A stretch of DNA of 64,000 bases from Candidatus Latescibacterota bacterium (GTDB taxonomy: Bacteria > Latescibacterota > UBA2968 > GCA-2709665). The notes beneath the pieces are model-generated. The model saw only the letters and a program-made list of their open reading frames with translations. It was not told where the DNA came from and did not search any database. The stretch lies in contig OZ241917.1 of NCBI GenBank assembly GCA_965203805.1, forward strand, positions 64,001 to 128,000, in the 5' to 3' direction. This document shows positions 38,226 to 46,249 of the stretch, one piece after another. Position numbers and translations under genes: made by a program. The stretch's first letter is position 1. Each line of letters begins with the position of its first letter.

Positions 38226-38441
38226 ATGAGCCGGTATCTGATCGTCATCGAAGTCTCGGAAACCGGGTTTTCGGCATATTCTCCCGATCTACCAGGATGC
38301 GTGTCCACCGGCGCCACGAGGCAGGAAGTGGAAGCGAACATGAAGGAGGCAATGGAATTCCACCTCGATGGAATGAAACAGGAACGCTTTCCGATTCCCG
38401 AACCAACCTCGGATTCGATGTACGTTGAGATTGCATCATAG
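38226..38441 (+). CDS. hicB: HicB-family antitoxin (orphan)
   Basis: YLIVIE..GFSAYSPDLPGCVSTGAT..E..NMKEAMEFHLDG..IPEP; AAGGA RBS. Confidence 0.88.
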   Translation: MSRYLIVIEVSETGFSAYSPDLPGCVSTGATRQEVEANMKEAMEFHLDGMKQERFPIPEPTSDSMYVEIAS

Positions 38442-38493
38442 GTTCATTTTGCTGTGTACTCCACCTGGCGTTCATTACAATCGGGTCTGCGAA

Positions 38494-38694
38494 ATGTCGA
38501 GAATAACGGAGATACAGCGAGCAATCATGGATCTTCCAGAATCTGATTATCTTGAATTAAGACAATGGTTTAATGAATTGGACTGGACGAAATGGGACCG
38601 ACAGATTGAAGCAGATTCAAGAGCAGGCAAGTTGGACTTCTTGATTTCAGAAGCCCTCGATGAGAAGGAAAAGGGTCGACTCAAGAAAATCTAG
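38494..38694 (+). CDS. small putative antitoxin (type usually upstream of a ParE/RelE-like toxin)
   Basis: EIQRAIMDLP..LRQWF.ELDW.KWDRQIEAD..AGKLDFL..EAL. Confidence 0.7.
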   Translation: MSRITEIQRAIMDLPESDYLELRQWFNELDWTKWDRQIEADSRAGKLDFLISEALDEKEKGRLKKI

Positions 38695-38719
38695 ATGCAT
38701 CGGACAGACACCACGCTTC
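38695..38719 (+). pseudogene. frameshifted 5' stub of a ParE/RelE-like toxin
   Basis: ATGCATCGGACA-g-ACACCACGCTTC reads MHRT/TPRF after removing one base, directly after the antitoxin stop. Confidence 0.4.
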
Positions 38720-38743
38720 AAACGCTGATAGAAGGAGCGCGGT

Positions 38744-39028
38744 ATGCTGCGCGACTTGGTTTATGCGACCTACCAGGGTGGCTGTCGAATAAAACTGGAG
38801 TTCGATGACGGCCGGCGGGGTACCGTCGACTTCTCGAAATACCTGGAGAGGCGAGGTGTATTCGAGCAATTCCGGAATCTCGAGTTCTTTCGGAATTTCA
38901 CCGTTAACGAAGAGCTTGGAGTACTTACGTGGGGAAACGAAATTGACATCGCACCGGAGACTCTGTATGCAGTGGCGACGGGTACCCGGCTTCCTCGTTG
39001 GATGAATCCTGACCGAGGTAAACAATAG
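38744..39028 (+). CDS. DUF2442 family protein (putative antitoxin, orphan)
   Basis: LEFDDGRRGTVDF..GVFE..FF..GVLTWGNEIDIAPETLY; AAGGAG RBS. Confidence 0.85.
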   Translation: MLRDLVYATYQGGCRIKLEFDDGRRGTVDFSKYLERRGVFEQFRNLEFFRNFTVNEELGVLTWGNEIDIAPETLYAVATGTRLPRWMNPDRGKQ

Positions 39029-39134
39029 GCCTACGCTCCGACCACAAAACGCTCATCTTTCGGTGAATGGACGCAAAACCGCCTGACAACGTGGACAACG
39101 ATCGAGACATTCATCTAAGTTGGAAGGGATCCTG

Positions 39135-39332
39135 GTGCCGCCGAAGGTGAGGGAATTGGTCGCAGAACTCGTGCGGGCTGGATTTGTGGATAGGGGCGGC
39201 AAGGGTAACCACAGGAACTTTGTACACCCGAACCTTAATAGACCGGTAACTATCTCGGGTAATTCGGGTGACGACGCCAGGCATTACCAGATTCGTGCCG
39301 TACGATTGGCAATCGAGGAGTCAGACAAATGA
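39135..39332 (+). CDS. hicA: HicA-family toxin
   Basis: KVRELVAEL..AGF..GKGNHRNFVHP..VTISG; ATGA overlap with the next gene. Confidence 0.88.
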   Translation: MPPKVRELVAELVRAGFVDRGGKGNHRNFVHPNLNRPVTISGNSGDDARHYQIRAVRLAIEESDK

Positions 39333-39553
39333 AAGCCAGCGCCAGGTACGCAAAGATTGTCGAATGGTCGGAGGAGGACGGATGTTATGTCGGAAGCGCG
39401 CCCGGTCTGATCTACGGTGGCTGCCACGGAGACGATGAACGGGCTGTCTTCGATCACCTTTGCCAGATTGTCGAGGAGGCGATCGCAATATACCGGAAGG
39501 ACGGGAAGCCTCTGCCCCCCGCGACGTCGACCGTCGAATTGGCAGGCCGTTGA
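39329..39553 (+). CDS. hicB: HicB-family antitoxin
   Basis: VEWSEEDGCYVGSAPGL..CHGDD..DGKPLPP; coupled to hicA. Confidence 0.85.
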   Translation: MKASARYAKIVEWSEEDGCYVGSAPGLIYGGCHGDDERAVFDHLCQIVEEAIAIYRKDGKPLPPATSTVELAGR

Positions 39554-39638
39554 GACACGAATATGCGCTCCGTGAAAGAGATTTTCCCCAACATCCTTTT
39601 GAAATCGACCTGAGATCAACGATGCGGAGTCTTCGCAA

Positions 39639-40199
39639 ATGAGGCGACCCGGCCAGTTGGAGCGCGCTGAATTGAGCGAGGAGCAGGCGCGCATTTACGA
39701 TGCGATCCTTGAGTCGCGGGGCAGTATCGCGGGGCCGTTCGGCGTCTGGCTGCACAGCCCCGAATTGGCTGACCGCGCCCAGAGCCTGGGCGAATTCGTA
39801 CGCTACCGGACGAGCATGGCGCCGAGACTCAGCGAACTGGCCATCCTCGTAACGGCGCGATTCTGGGACTGCCAGGTGGAGTGGTCCCTGCACGAACCGT
39901 TCGCCGTCGATAGCGGATTGAGTCAGGATATCATCGACGCGGTCCGGCACGGACGGGCGCCCGATTTCGGCCGCGACGATGAACGCGCCGTTTTCGACTA
40001 CGTCAGCGAATTGCTTGGGAAGCACGTTGTTCTGGATGGCGTATTCAACGCGGCGCAGAAAGCGCTCGGTAAGACCGGCGTTGTAGAACTCACGGGGATC
40101 GTCGGCTATTACAGCTTGGTGGCGCAGACCCTGAATGCGTTTCAGGTCCCGGTTCCGAAGGGTTGCACGCCAACGCTTGTTGACTGCACCACATTCTGA
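39639..40199 (+). CDS. carboxymuconolactone decarboxylase/AhpD-like protein
   Basis: GPFGVWLHSPELA, RLSELAILVTAR, EWSLH, VELTGIVGYY. Confidence 0.88.
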   Translation: MRRPGQLERAELSEEQARIYDAILESRGSIAGPFGVWLHSPELADRAQSLGEFVRYRTSMAPRLSELAILVTARFWDCQVEWSLHEPFAVDSGLSQDIIDAVRHGRAPDFGRDDERAVFDYVSELLGKHVVLDGVFNAAQKALGKTGVVELTGIVGYYSLVAQTLNAFQVPVPKGCTPTLVDCTTF

Positions 40200-40205
40200 C
40201 GTTAG

Positions 40206-40398
40206 CCTTAATGCGACAAAATCAGCAACGCGGCGTCACGACAAGACGTTTCGAATTGAGCCGAAAAAGGTCGTTCCGGAAGGACATTTTTTCCGTTCAC
40301 GTCCAGTGACCTGAAGGATCATAGAAATCAGCAGTTAAATCACCTTTATTCACTTGCACATATTCGAATTAATGTCCCCGAATAATGACGAATCAAGG
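40206..40398 (+). mobile_element. MITE-like dispersed repeat (193 bp)
   Basis: Near-identical to 50338-50528; imperfect TIRs CCTTAATGCGACA / TGACGAATCAAGG; flanks TTAG and TTAA. Confidence 0.82.
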
Positions 40399-40402
40399 TT
40401 AA

Positions 40403-40579
40403 ATGCCGGAGAAGCAGATATCAGATTGTAATTTCGACCGCGCCTCCCGCCGGAACGAAGCAGACGCCACTGGAAGGATCGAACTTTCTGATACTGCATT
40501 GTTGAGTGAACCCTCACTCGCTGACGACTGGAATCGTCCGGAAGAGGATGCCGCATGGGCACACCTGCAAGGGGGGTAG
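40403..40579 (+). CDS. small putative antitoxin (58 aa, not in the ORF track; possibly 5'-disrupted)
   Basis: Translated by hand: ..ELSDTALLSEPSLADDWNRPEEDAAWAHLQGG, a C-terminal motif typical of antitoxins that precede MazF/PemK toxins. Confidence 0.6.
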   Translation: MPEKQISDCNFDRASRRNEADATGRIELSDTALLSEPSLADDWNRPEEDAAWAHLQGG

Positions 40580-40627
40580 TCGGCTTCGTGTCGATTCACC
40601 GCTGTCCAGGGCAGAAACAGAATTCCC

Positions 40628-40870
40628 TTTGTGTTTTTGTGCCTTTTGTGGCAAATGCCTTTGTCGCGCTTTTTGGTTTTTCCTCGTTCTCTCGTGCTAA
40701 TATCGTGCCTTTCGTGTGTTTCGTAGTTTCTGATGTTGGTTTTCTCGCGCCTTTGTCGTGTTTTTCGGTTTCGTGCTTTTTTCGCGTTTTTTCGTGTATT
40801 TCGTAGTTTTCGATGTTCGTTTTCTCGCGCTTTTTGGTTTTCATCCTGTCCCATCCTGTCTATCCATGTA
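40628..40870. repeat. T-rich mosaic of short periodic repeats
   Basis: TTGTG, TTCGTG and ATCCTGT units at about 9-10 nt spacing, plus a 41-bp duplication (40710-40750 / 40790-40830). Confidence 0.8.
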
Positions 40871-40902
40871 AGTTTCTTTTTTTTCTCAATTAATAAGGCC
40901 TG

Positions 40903-42138
40903 TTGGAGATTCATATCTTTCGCATCGCGTCAATCCGGAATATCAAGAACCCGAACCTCCGCCCGCGGTTACGCGCCGCGGGGCTGGTGTTGCCGCTGAT
41001 GGCCTTTGTCGGTTTCACCTTTGTCGCGCCGCTTGCGACGATGCTCGTTCGGAGCGTGTACGATCCCGTAGTCGCCGATGCCCTGCCGCAAACGCTTCGC
41101 CTGTTGAACGAATGGGACCGTAGGGGCCCTCCCGCTGAGGCCGTCTATGAGTCGGCTGCGCGTGAACTGGTCAAGGCGCGCGAAAACCGCACCCTCGGTA
41201 AGATCGCCAGCCGCGTCAACAGGGTCAGGAGCGGGCTGCGCAGCGTGTTGACAAAGAGCGCGCGCCGCCTCCGCCGCGTTGACAGCGGGCCGTGGCGCGA
41301 CGCCATGATCGGCATCGACTCCGCCTGGGCGGAAACGGGGACCTGGCATGCCATCCGGAGCGCCGGGGAGCGATACACCGCACGACACTATCTGAATGCC
41401 CTCGACCTTCAAAGCCTGCCCGACGGCGCCGTCGGACGTCAGCCGGAGGAACGCCGCATCTATCTCCCGCTGCTGTGGCGGACCCTCTGGGTGAGCCTCA
41501 GTATCACGGCGCTGTGCCTGCTGCTCGGCTACCCGATCGCGCACCTGATCGCCCACGCGCCCCCGCGGGTTGGCAATTTGCTTCTGATTCTTGTGCTGGT
41601 CCCCTTCTGGACGTCGCTGCTTGTGCGGACCACGTCCTGGATTGTGCTGTTGCAGACGCAGGGCGTACTCAACGACCTGCTCGTGGCGCTGGGTCTGATC
41701 GGCGACGACGGCCGGCTGGCCATGATATACAACATGACCGGCACGCTGGTGGCAATGACCCACGTGCTGCTTCCCTTTATGATTCTCCCGCTCTATTCGA
41801 TCATGCGCGCCATCCCGCCAATCCAGATGAGCGCGGCGGCCTCGCTTGGCGCAAACCCCTTCCAGGCATTCCGGCGCGTGTACTGGCCGCAGACCCTGCC
41901 GGGCGTGAGCGCGGGATCGCTCCTGGTGTTCATTCTGGCCATCGGTTACTATATCACCCCCGCGCTGGTGGGCGGGAGCAGCGGGCAGCTCATTTCCAAC
42001 ATGATCGCGTTCCACATGCAGACCTCGCTCAACTGGGGTCTCGCAGCGGCGCTCGGCGGCATCCTTCTGGCATGTGTGGGCGCACTTTATCTGCTCTACG
42101 ACCGCATGGTGGGTATCGAGCGAATGAGGCTGGGCTGA
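40903..42138 (+). CDS. polyamine-type ABC transporter permease (PotB-like)
   Basis: LLLGYPIA, PFWTSLLVRT, HVLLPFMILPLYS, AAASLGA, GYYITPALVGG; start uncertain. Confidence 0.9.
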   Translation: MEIHIFRIASIRNIKNPNLRPRLRAAGLVLPLMAFVGFTFVAPLATMLVRSVYDPVVADALPQTLRLLNEWDRRGPPAEAVYESAARELVKARENRTLGKIASRVNRVRSGLRSVLTKSARRLRRVDSGPWRDAMIGIDSAWAETGTWHAIRSAGERYTARHYLNALDLQSLPDGAVGRQPEERRIYLPLLWRTLWVSLSITALCLLLGYPIAHLIAHAPPRVGNLLLILVLVPFWTSLLVRTTSWIVLLQTQGVLNDLLVALGLIGDDGRLAMIYNMTGTLVAMTHVLLPFMILPLYSIMRAIPPIQMSAAASLGANPFQAFRRVYWPQTLPGVSAGSLLVFILAIGYYITPALVGGSSGQLISNMIAFHMQTSLNWGLAAALGGILLACVGALYLLYDRMVGIERMRLG

Positions 42139-42139
42139 G

Positions 42140-42964
42140 GTGGCGGCTTCGGGAACACAGGAACGTACGGGACGTTTCATCTACGTTGGCTTCTGCGCGT
42201 TCGTGTTTCTCTTCCTCGTCGCGCCGATTCTGGTGATTGTGCCGTTGAGCTTCAACGCGCAGCCCTACTTCACCTTTACCGAGGGCATGCTGCGCCTGGA
42301 CGCGGACGCGTATTCGTTGCGCTGGTATCGGCAGATCGTCGAGAACGAGGTATGGACGCGCGCGCTCATCAACAGCCTGGTTGTCGGCATCGCTTCCACG
42401 GTGCTGGCGACCGGATTCGGAACGCTCGCGGCGATGGGGCTGTCCAGCCCGGCCATGCCCGGCCGGCGCTGGGCGATGGGCCTGCTCATCTCGCCCATGG
42501 TGACCCCGGTGATTATCGCGGCGGCGGGGATGTTCTTCTTCTATTCGAACCTTGGCCTCGCCCAGACCCACGTCGGTCTGATTCTGGCCCACGCCGCGCT
42601 TGGAACGCCGTTCGTGGTGATTACGGTGACCGCCACGCTGTCCGCTTTCGACACCAATCTGACCCGCGCCGCAGCCAGTCTTGGCGCGGGACCCGTGCGT
42701 GTCTTTCGTCGCGTCCAGCTGCCGCTGATCGCGCCCGGCGTGATTTCGGGGGCGCTCTTCGCCTTCGCCACGTCCTTCGATGAAGTGGTCGTGGTGTTGT
42801 TCATGGCCGCCATCGAGCAACGTACGATTCCACGCCAGATGTGGGCCGGTATCCGCGAGCAGATCAGCCCCACCATCCTGGCGGTGGCGACGTTTCTGAT
42901 TGTCTTTGCCGTCCTGCTGCTGTTTACGGTTGAATGGATGCGAAGGCGTACCGCTGCGAGATAA
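42140..42964 (+). CDS. polyamine-type ABC transporter permease (PotC-like)
   Basis: YSLRWY, SPMVTPVI, AAASLGA, FATSFDEVV. Confidence 0.92.
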   Translation: MAASGTQERTGRFIYVGFCAFVFLFLVAPILVIVPLSFNAQPYFTFTEGMLRLDADAYSLRWYRQIVENEVWTRALINSLVVGIASTVLATGFGTLAAMGLSSPAMPGRRWAMGLLISPMVTPVIIAAAGMFFFYSNLGLAQTHVGLILAHAALGTPFVVITVTATLSAFDTNLTRAAASLGAGPVRVFRRVQLPLIAPGVISGALFAFATSFDEVVVVLFMAAIEQRTIPRQMWAGIREQISPTILAVATFLIVFAVLLLFTVEWMRRRTAAR

Positions 42965-43052
42965 GCTGCCGGCGAAACGCATCCGCCCCAATATCGACGC
43001 AATTGGAAAACAATCAGCCAATCAACCGAATCCGGGATCCATAGGCGCTTCG

Positions 43053-44162
43053 ATGCAAGAAAACAAAAATGTGCACGTCGAGTTCGAGGGCGTCAGCAAG
43101 AGCTTCGACGGACGCACCCTGGTCGTCGACAATCTCGATCTGAGCGTCCGAAAGGGCGAATTCCTGACCATGCTCGGGCCGTCCGGGTCGGGCAAGACCA
43201 CGTGCCTGATGATGCTGGCCGGTTTCGAAACGCCGACGTCAGGCGCCATCCGCATCAACGGGCGTTCCGTGCATGAAATGCCCCCGCGCAAACGCGGGAT
43301 CGGCATGGTCTTTCAGAATTACGCGCTTTTTCCACACATGACGGTCGGCCGCAACCTCGCCTTTCCGCTGGAGGTGCGGGGACTGGACGCAGCGCAATGC
43401 AGGGAACGTGTGGCGCGCGCCCTGCATCTGGTACGCCTGGACGGACTCGAGGACCGGCGACCCGGCCAGCTTTCCGGCGGCCAGCAGCAACGCGTGGCCA
43501 TCGCGCGCGCGCTGGTCTTCGAGCCCGATCTGGTTCTGATGGACGAACCCCTGGGCGCGCTCGACCGGCGCCTTCGAGAGGAAATGCAGTACGAAATCCG
43601 GCGCATCCACAAGAGCCTCGGCGTCACCGTGGTGTACGTGACGCACGATCAGGAAGAAGCCATGGTCATGTCGGACCGGATTGCCGTACTGCGGGGCGGA
43701 GACATCGAGCAGGTGGCCGAGCCGGAGGTTCTCTACGAGGAGCCGGAACGCTCTTTTGTCGCCCGCTTTATCGGGGAAAACAACCGACTCCATGGCCGCG
43801 TGCGGAGCGTCGACGGGGACATCTGCGAAGTCGAGACGGGCGGTCAGGTCGTCAGCGCGCTTCGCGTTGCGCCGTGCCGTTCGGGCGACGCCACCACGCT
43901 TTCGATCCGGCCGGAACGGGTCGCCATCTCGCCCGAACCCGGCCTGTACACGAACGAACTCGACGCGAGAATCGAGGATATCACGTTTCTGGGCGACCAC
44001 CTGCGGGTTCGCGTGAGCGTTTGCGGGCGCACTGATTTTATCGCGAAAATTCCAAATATCGTCGGACACGGCGCCATGCTGGTGGGTGACGAGATCCGGA
44101 TCGGCTGGACACCGACGGATTGCCGGGTATTGGACCCGGATGACGAGGAGAATACAACATGA
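43053..44162 (+). CDS. polyamine-type ABC transporter ATPase (PotA-like)
   Basis: [41 protein letters not shown]-like tail. Confidence 0.95.
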   Translation: MQENKNVHVEFEGVSKSFDGRTLVVDNLDLSVRKGEFLTMLGPSGSGKTTCLMMLAGFETPTSGAIRINGRSVHEMPPRKRGIGMVFQNYALFPHMTVGRNLAFPLEVRGLDAAQCRERVARALHLVRLDGLEDRRPGQLSGGQQQRVAIARALVFEPDLVLMDEPLGALDRRLREEMQYEIRRIHKSLGVTVVYVTHDQEEAMVMSDRIAVLRGGDIEQVAEPEVLYEEPERSFVARFIGENNRLHGRVRSVDGDICEVETGGQVVSALRVAPCRSGDATTLSIRPERVAISPEPGLYTNELDARIEDITFLGDHLRVRVSVCGRTDFIAKIPNIVGHGAMLVGDEIRIGWTPTDCRVLDPDDEENTT

Positions 44163-45259
44163 AGGACGTTCGGAGGAAGATCGCGCGTATCACGTCGTTG
44201 ATGGGATTGTCGATGCTGACAGCGACCGCCGCCGTCGCCGCAGACCGCCCGCTGACGGTGGTGTCGTGGGGCGGTTCGTACGCGCGCGCCTGCGTCAAGG
44301 GCTACCACGAACAGTTTACCGCCGACACGGGCATCAAAATCAACCTCGAAGACTACAACGGCGGTCTGGCGCAGATCCGCGCGCAGGTGGACGTGGGCAA
44401 CGTCTTCTGGGACGTGGTCGACCTGGAGATTCCCGACCTCGTGCGGGGCTGCGACGAGGGTCTGCTTGAACCCGTCGCCGTGGGTACGCTTGCCCCAGGG
44501 GCCGACGGCACGCCCGCGGCGGAGGACTTTGTTCAGGGAACGGTGACGGACTGCGGACCGGCCACGATCTTCTACTCGACAGTCTACGCTTACAACAAGG
44601 AAAACATAAAGGGTGACAAACCGGCCGCGATCGCCGACTTCTTCGATCTGGAGAAATTTCCCGGGCGCCGGGGCATGCGCCGTTCTCCATTGGTGAACCT
44701 GGAATTCGCGCTGATGGCGGACGGCGTATCGGTCGACTCCGTCTACGCGATCCTGGATACGCCGGCCGGCGTGGACCGCGCCTTCCGAAAGCTGGACACG
44801 ATCAAGGAGCACATCGTATGGTGGGAAGCCGGGGCGCAGCCGCCGCAGATGCTGGCCGATGGGGAGGTGACGATGAGCACCGCCTACAACGGGCGCATCT
44901 TCAACGCGCAGGTACTGGAGGACCAGCCCTTCGTGGTGGTGTGGGACGGTCAGGTCCTGGACACCGGCGGGCTGGGCATTGTCGCGGGAACACCCAACCT
45001 CGAAACGGCGCGGAAGTTTGTCAAATTCGCCACGAGCGCGCAGGCCATCGCCGGCGTGGGCCGCTATATTTCCTACGGCCCGACGCGACGCTCCGCGATG
45101 CCGCTGATCTCGACGCACGCCGAAAAAGGCGTGGATATGAATCCGCACATGCCCACCAGCCCTCAGAACGTGAAGCGCGCCCTGCACAACGACTGGGAGT
45201 GGTGGAGCGATCACCTGGATGAAATGAACGAGCGCTTCAGCGCCTGGCTGGCGCGGTAG
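44159..45259 (+). CDS. ABC transporter substrate-binding protein (PotD/PotF-like)
   Basis: Signal peptide, LTVVSWGG, DFFDLEKFPGRRG, LEFALMADG, AYNGRI. Confidence 0.9.
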   Translation: MKDVRRKIARITSLMGLSMLTATAAVAADRPLTVVSWGGSYARACVKGYHEQFTADTGIKINLEDYNGGLAQIRAQVDVGNVFWDVVDLEIPDLVRGCDEGLLEPVAVGTLAPGADGTPAAEDFVQGTVTDCGPATIFYSTVYAYNKENIKGDKPAAIADFFDLEKFPGRRGMRRSPLVNLEFALMADGVSVDSVYAILDTPAGVDRAFRKLDTIKEHIVWWEAGAQPPQMLADGEVTMSTAYNGRIFNAQVLEDQPFVVVWDGQVLDTGGLGIVAGTPNLETARKFVKFATSAQAIAGVGRYISYGPTRRSAMPLISTHAEKGVDMNPHMPTSPQNVKRALHNDWEWWSDHLDEMNERFSAWLAR

Positions 45260-45390
45260 CGGCGGGGAAGTCCACGGAGTGGTTTGGAAAGAGGTGGCAG
45301 GCGATCGACTAACCTTACTCACTGGTCTTGCATAGACGACAACGTAGACCATTCGATCCATCGGGCAGAATCAGAGACGATAATTGAGGA

Positions 45391-45419
45391 TTGCGATAAT
45401 ATAGCTATTTAGTTATATT
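45391..45419 (+). promoter_or_regulatory. TA promoter with an overlapping palindromic operator
   Basis: TTGCGA-17-TATATT; inverted repeat AATATAGCTA-tt-TAGTTATATT (45398-45419); ATG only 7 nt downstream. Confidence 0.65.
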
Positions 45420-45425
45420 CAAGAT

Positions 45426-45806
45426 ATGGATCCGGAGAACAAGGTCCTGAGAAAAATCCGATGGGTAGGAGATTCCCGAGCGCGTGTCCAACAGTTTCCT
45501 CGCCAGGCCCGCAAAGATATCGGACATGCGTTATACCTTGTGCAAACCGGCAAATCGCCAAAGTCTGCACGGCGAATGAAGGGCCTGGAGTCCGGGGTGT
45601 TTGAGGTTGTCAGTGATCATGCGACAAATGCGTACCGGGCCGTGTACGCGGTCAAGATCGGCGAATTCATCTATCTGCTGCACGCATTCCAGAAGAAATC
45701 TAAAAGAGGGATTGCAACTCCCAAATACGAAGTCGAGTTGATCAGAAGACGGTTGCGGCGGGCTAGAGAATTCGCGAAACAGGAGGCTGAAGACGATGGG
45801 CGATGA
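45426..45806 (+). CDS. RelE/ParE (Gp49/HigB-like) toxin
   Basis: WVGDS..FP, GVFEV, YRAVY, YLLHAFQKKSKRGIATP. Confidence 0.9.
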   Translation: MDPENKVLRKIRWVGDSRARVQQFPRQARKDIGHALYLVQTGKSPKSARRMKGLESGVFEVVSDHATNAYRAVYAVKIGEFIYLLHAFQKKSKRGIATPKYEVELIRRRLRRAREFAKQEAEDDGR

Positions 45807-46122
45807 CATTGAGGTTGAAGAGGGCAGCGGCAACGTCTTTACAGACCTCGGCTTTGGTGATGAGGAAGCCAGAGAGGAACTGCTCAAAGCAGAACTCGGC
45901 GCGGAAATATTCCGGATTCTGGAACATCGCAGGCTGACTCAGACGAAAGCAGCGAGAATCATGGGGGTCAAACAACCGGAGATCTCCCGGCTTAAGAGCG
46001 GAAAGTTTTCCTATTACAGCGTCGAACGGCTGATGCGGTTCCTCGAGCGTCTCAATTGCGAGGTGCGCATTCATATCGATTGGCCGGAGCGCGAGGGCGT
46101 CACGAAGGTCATTGCAATTTAG
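45796..46122 (+). CDS. XRE-HTH antitoxin (HigA-like)
   Basis: GSGNVFTDLGF, LTQTKAARIMGVKQPEISRL, SVERLMRFL; overlaps the toxin gene. Confidence 0.9.
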   Translation: MGDDIEVEEGSGNVFTDLGFGDEEAREELLKAELGAEIFRILEHRRLTQTKAARIMGVKQPEISRLKSGKFSYYSVERLMRFLERLNCEVRIHIDWPEREGVTKVIAI

Positions 46123-46249
46123 GGGAAGTGCTATAATGCCAATGCTGCGATGTGGCAGGTGTTTGTCCTGCCCATCCATGTATGTTCCGGTTTCTGAATA
46201 AAAAAACGGCGAAATGTGCTATGCATTTCGACTGCAATAATCAGGTGAA

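Noticed and set aside
37780-40400. Integron cassette array explaining the small co-oriented TA genes
   Set aside because: No integrase and no paired RYYYAAC/GTTRRRY attC stems found by eye; GTTAGCC at 40201 is a MITE flank
40399-40914. 171-aa Lys/Arg-rich minus-strand ORF
   Set aside because: A product of the low-complexity repeat tract, and antisense to the antitoxin-like ORF
40903-45259. ABC transporter as the TMAO importer
   Set aside because: It is Pot-type rather than ProU/TmoX-type and lies about 29 kb from the cluster; substrate cannot be inferred
46195-46246. Possible isolated IS end (ACTGCAATAATCAGG)
   Set aside because: No partner end or transposase remnant; too short to support
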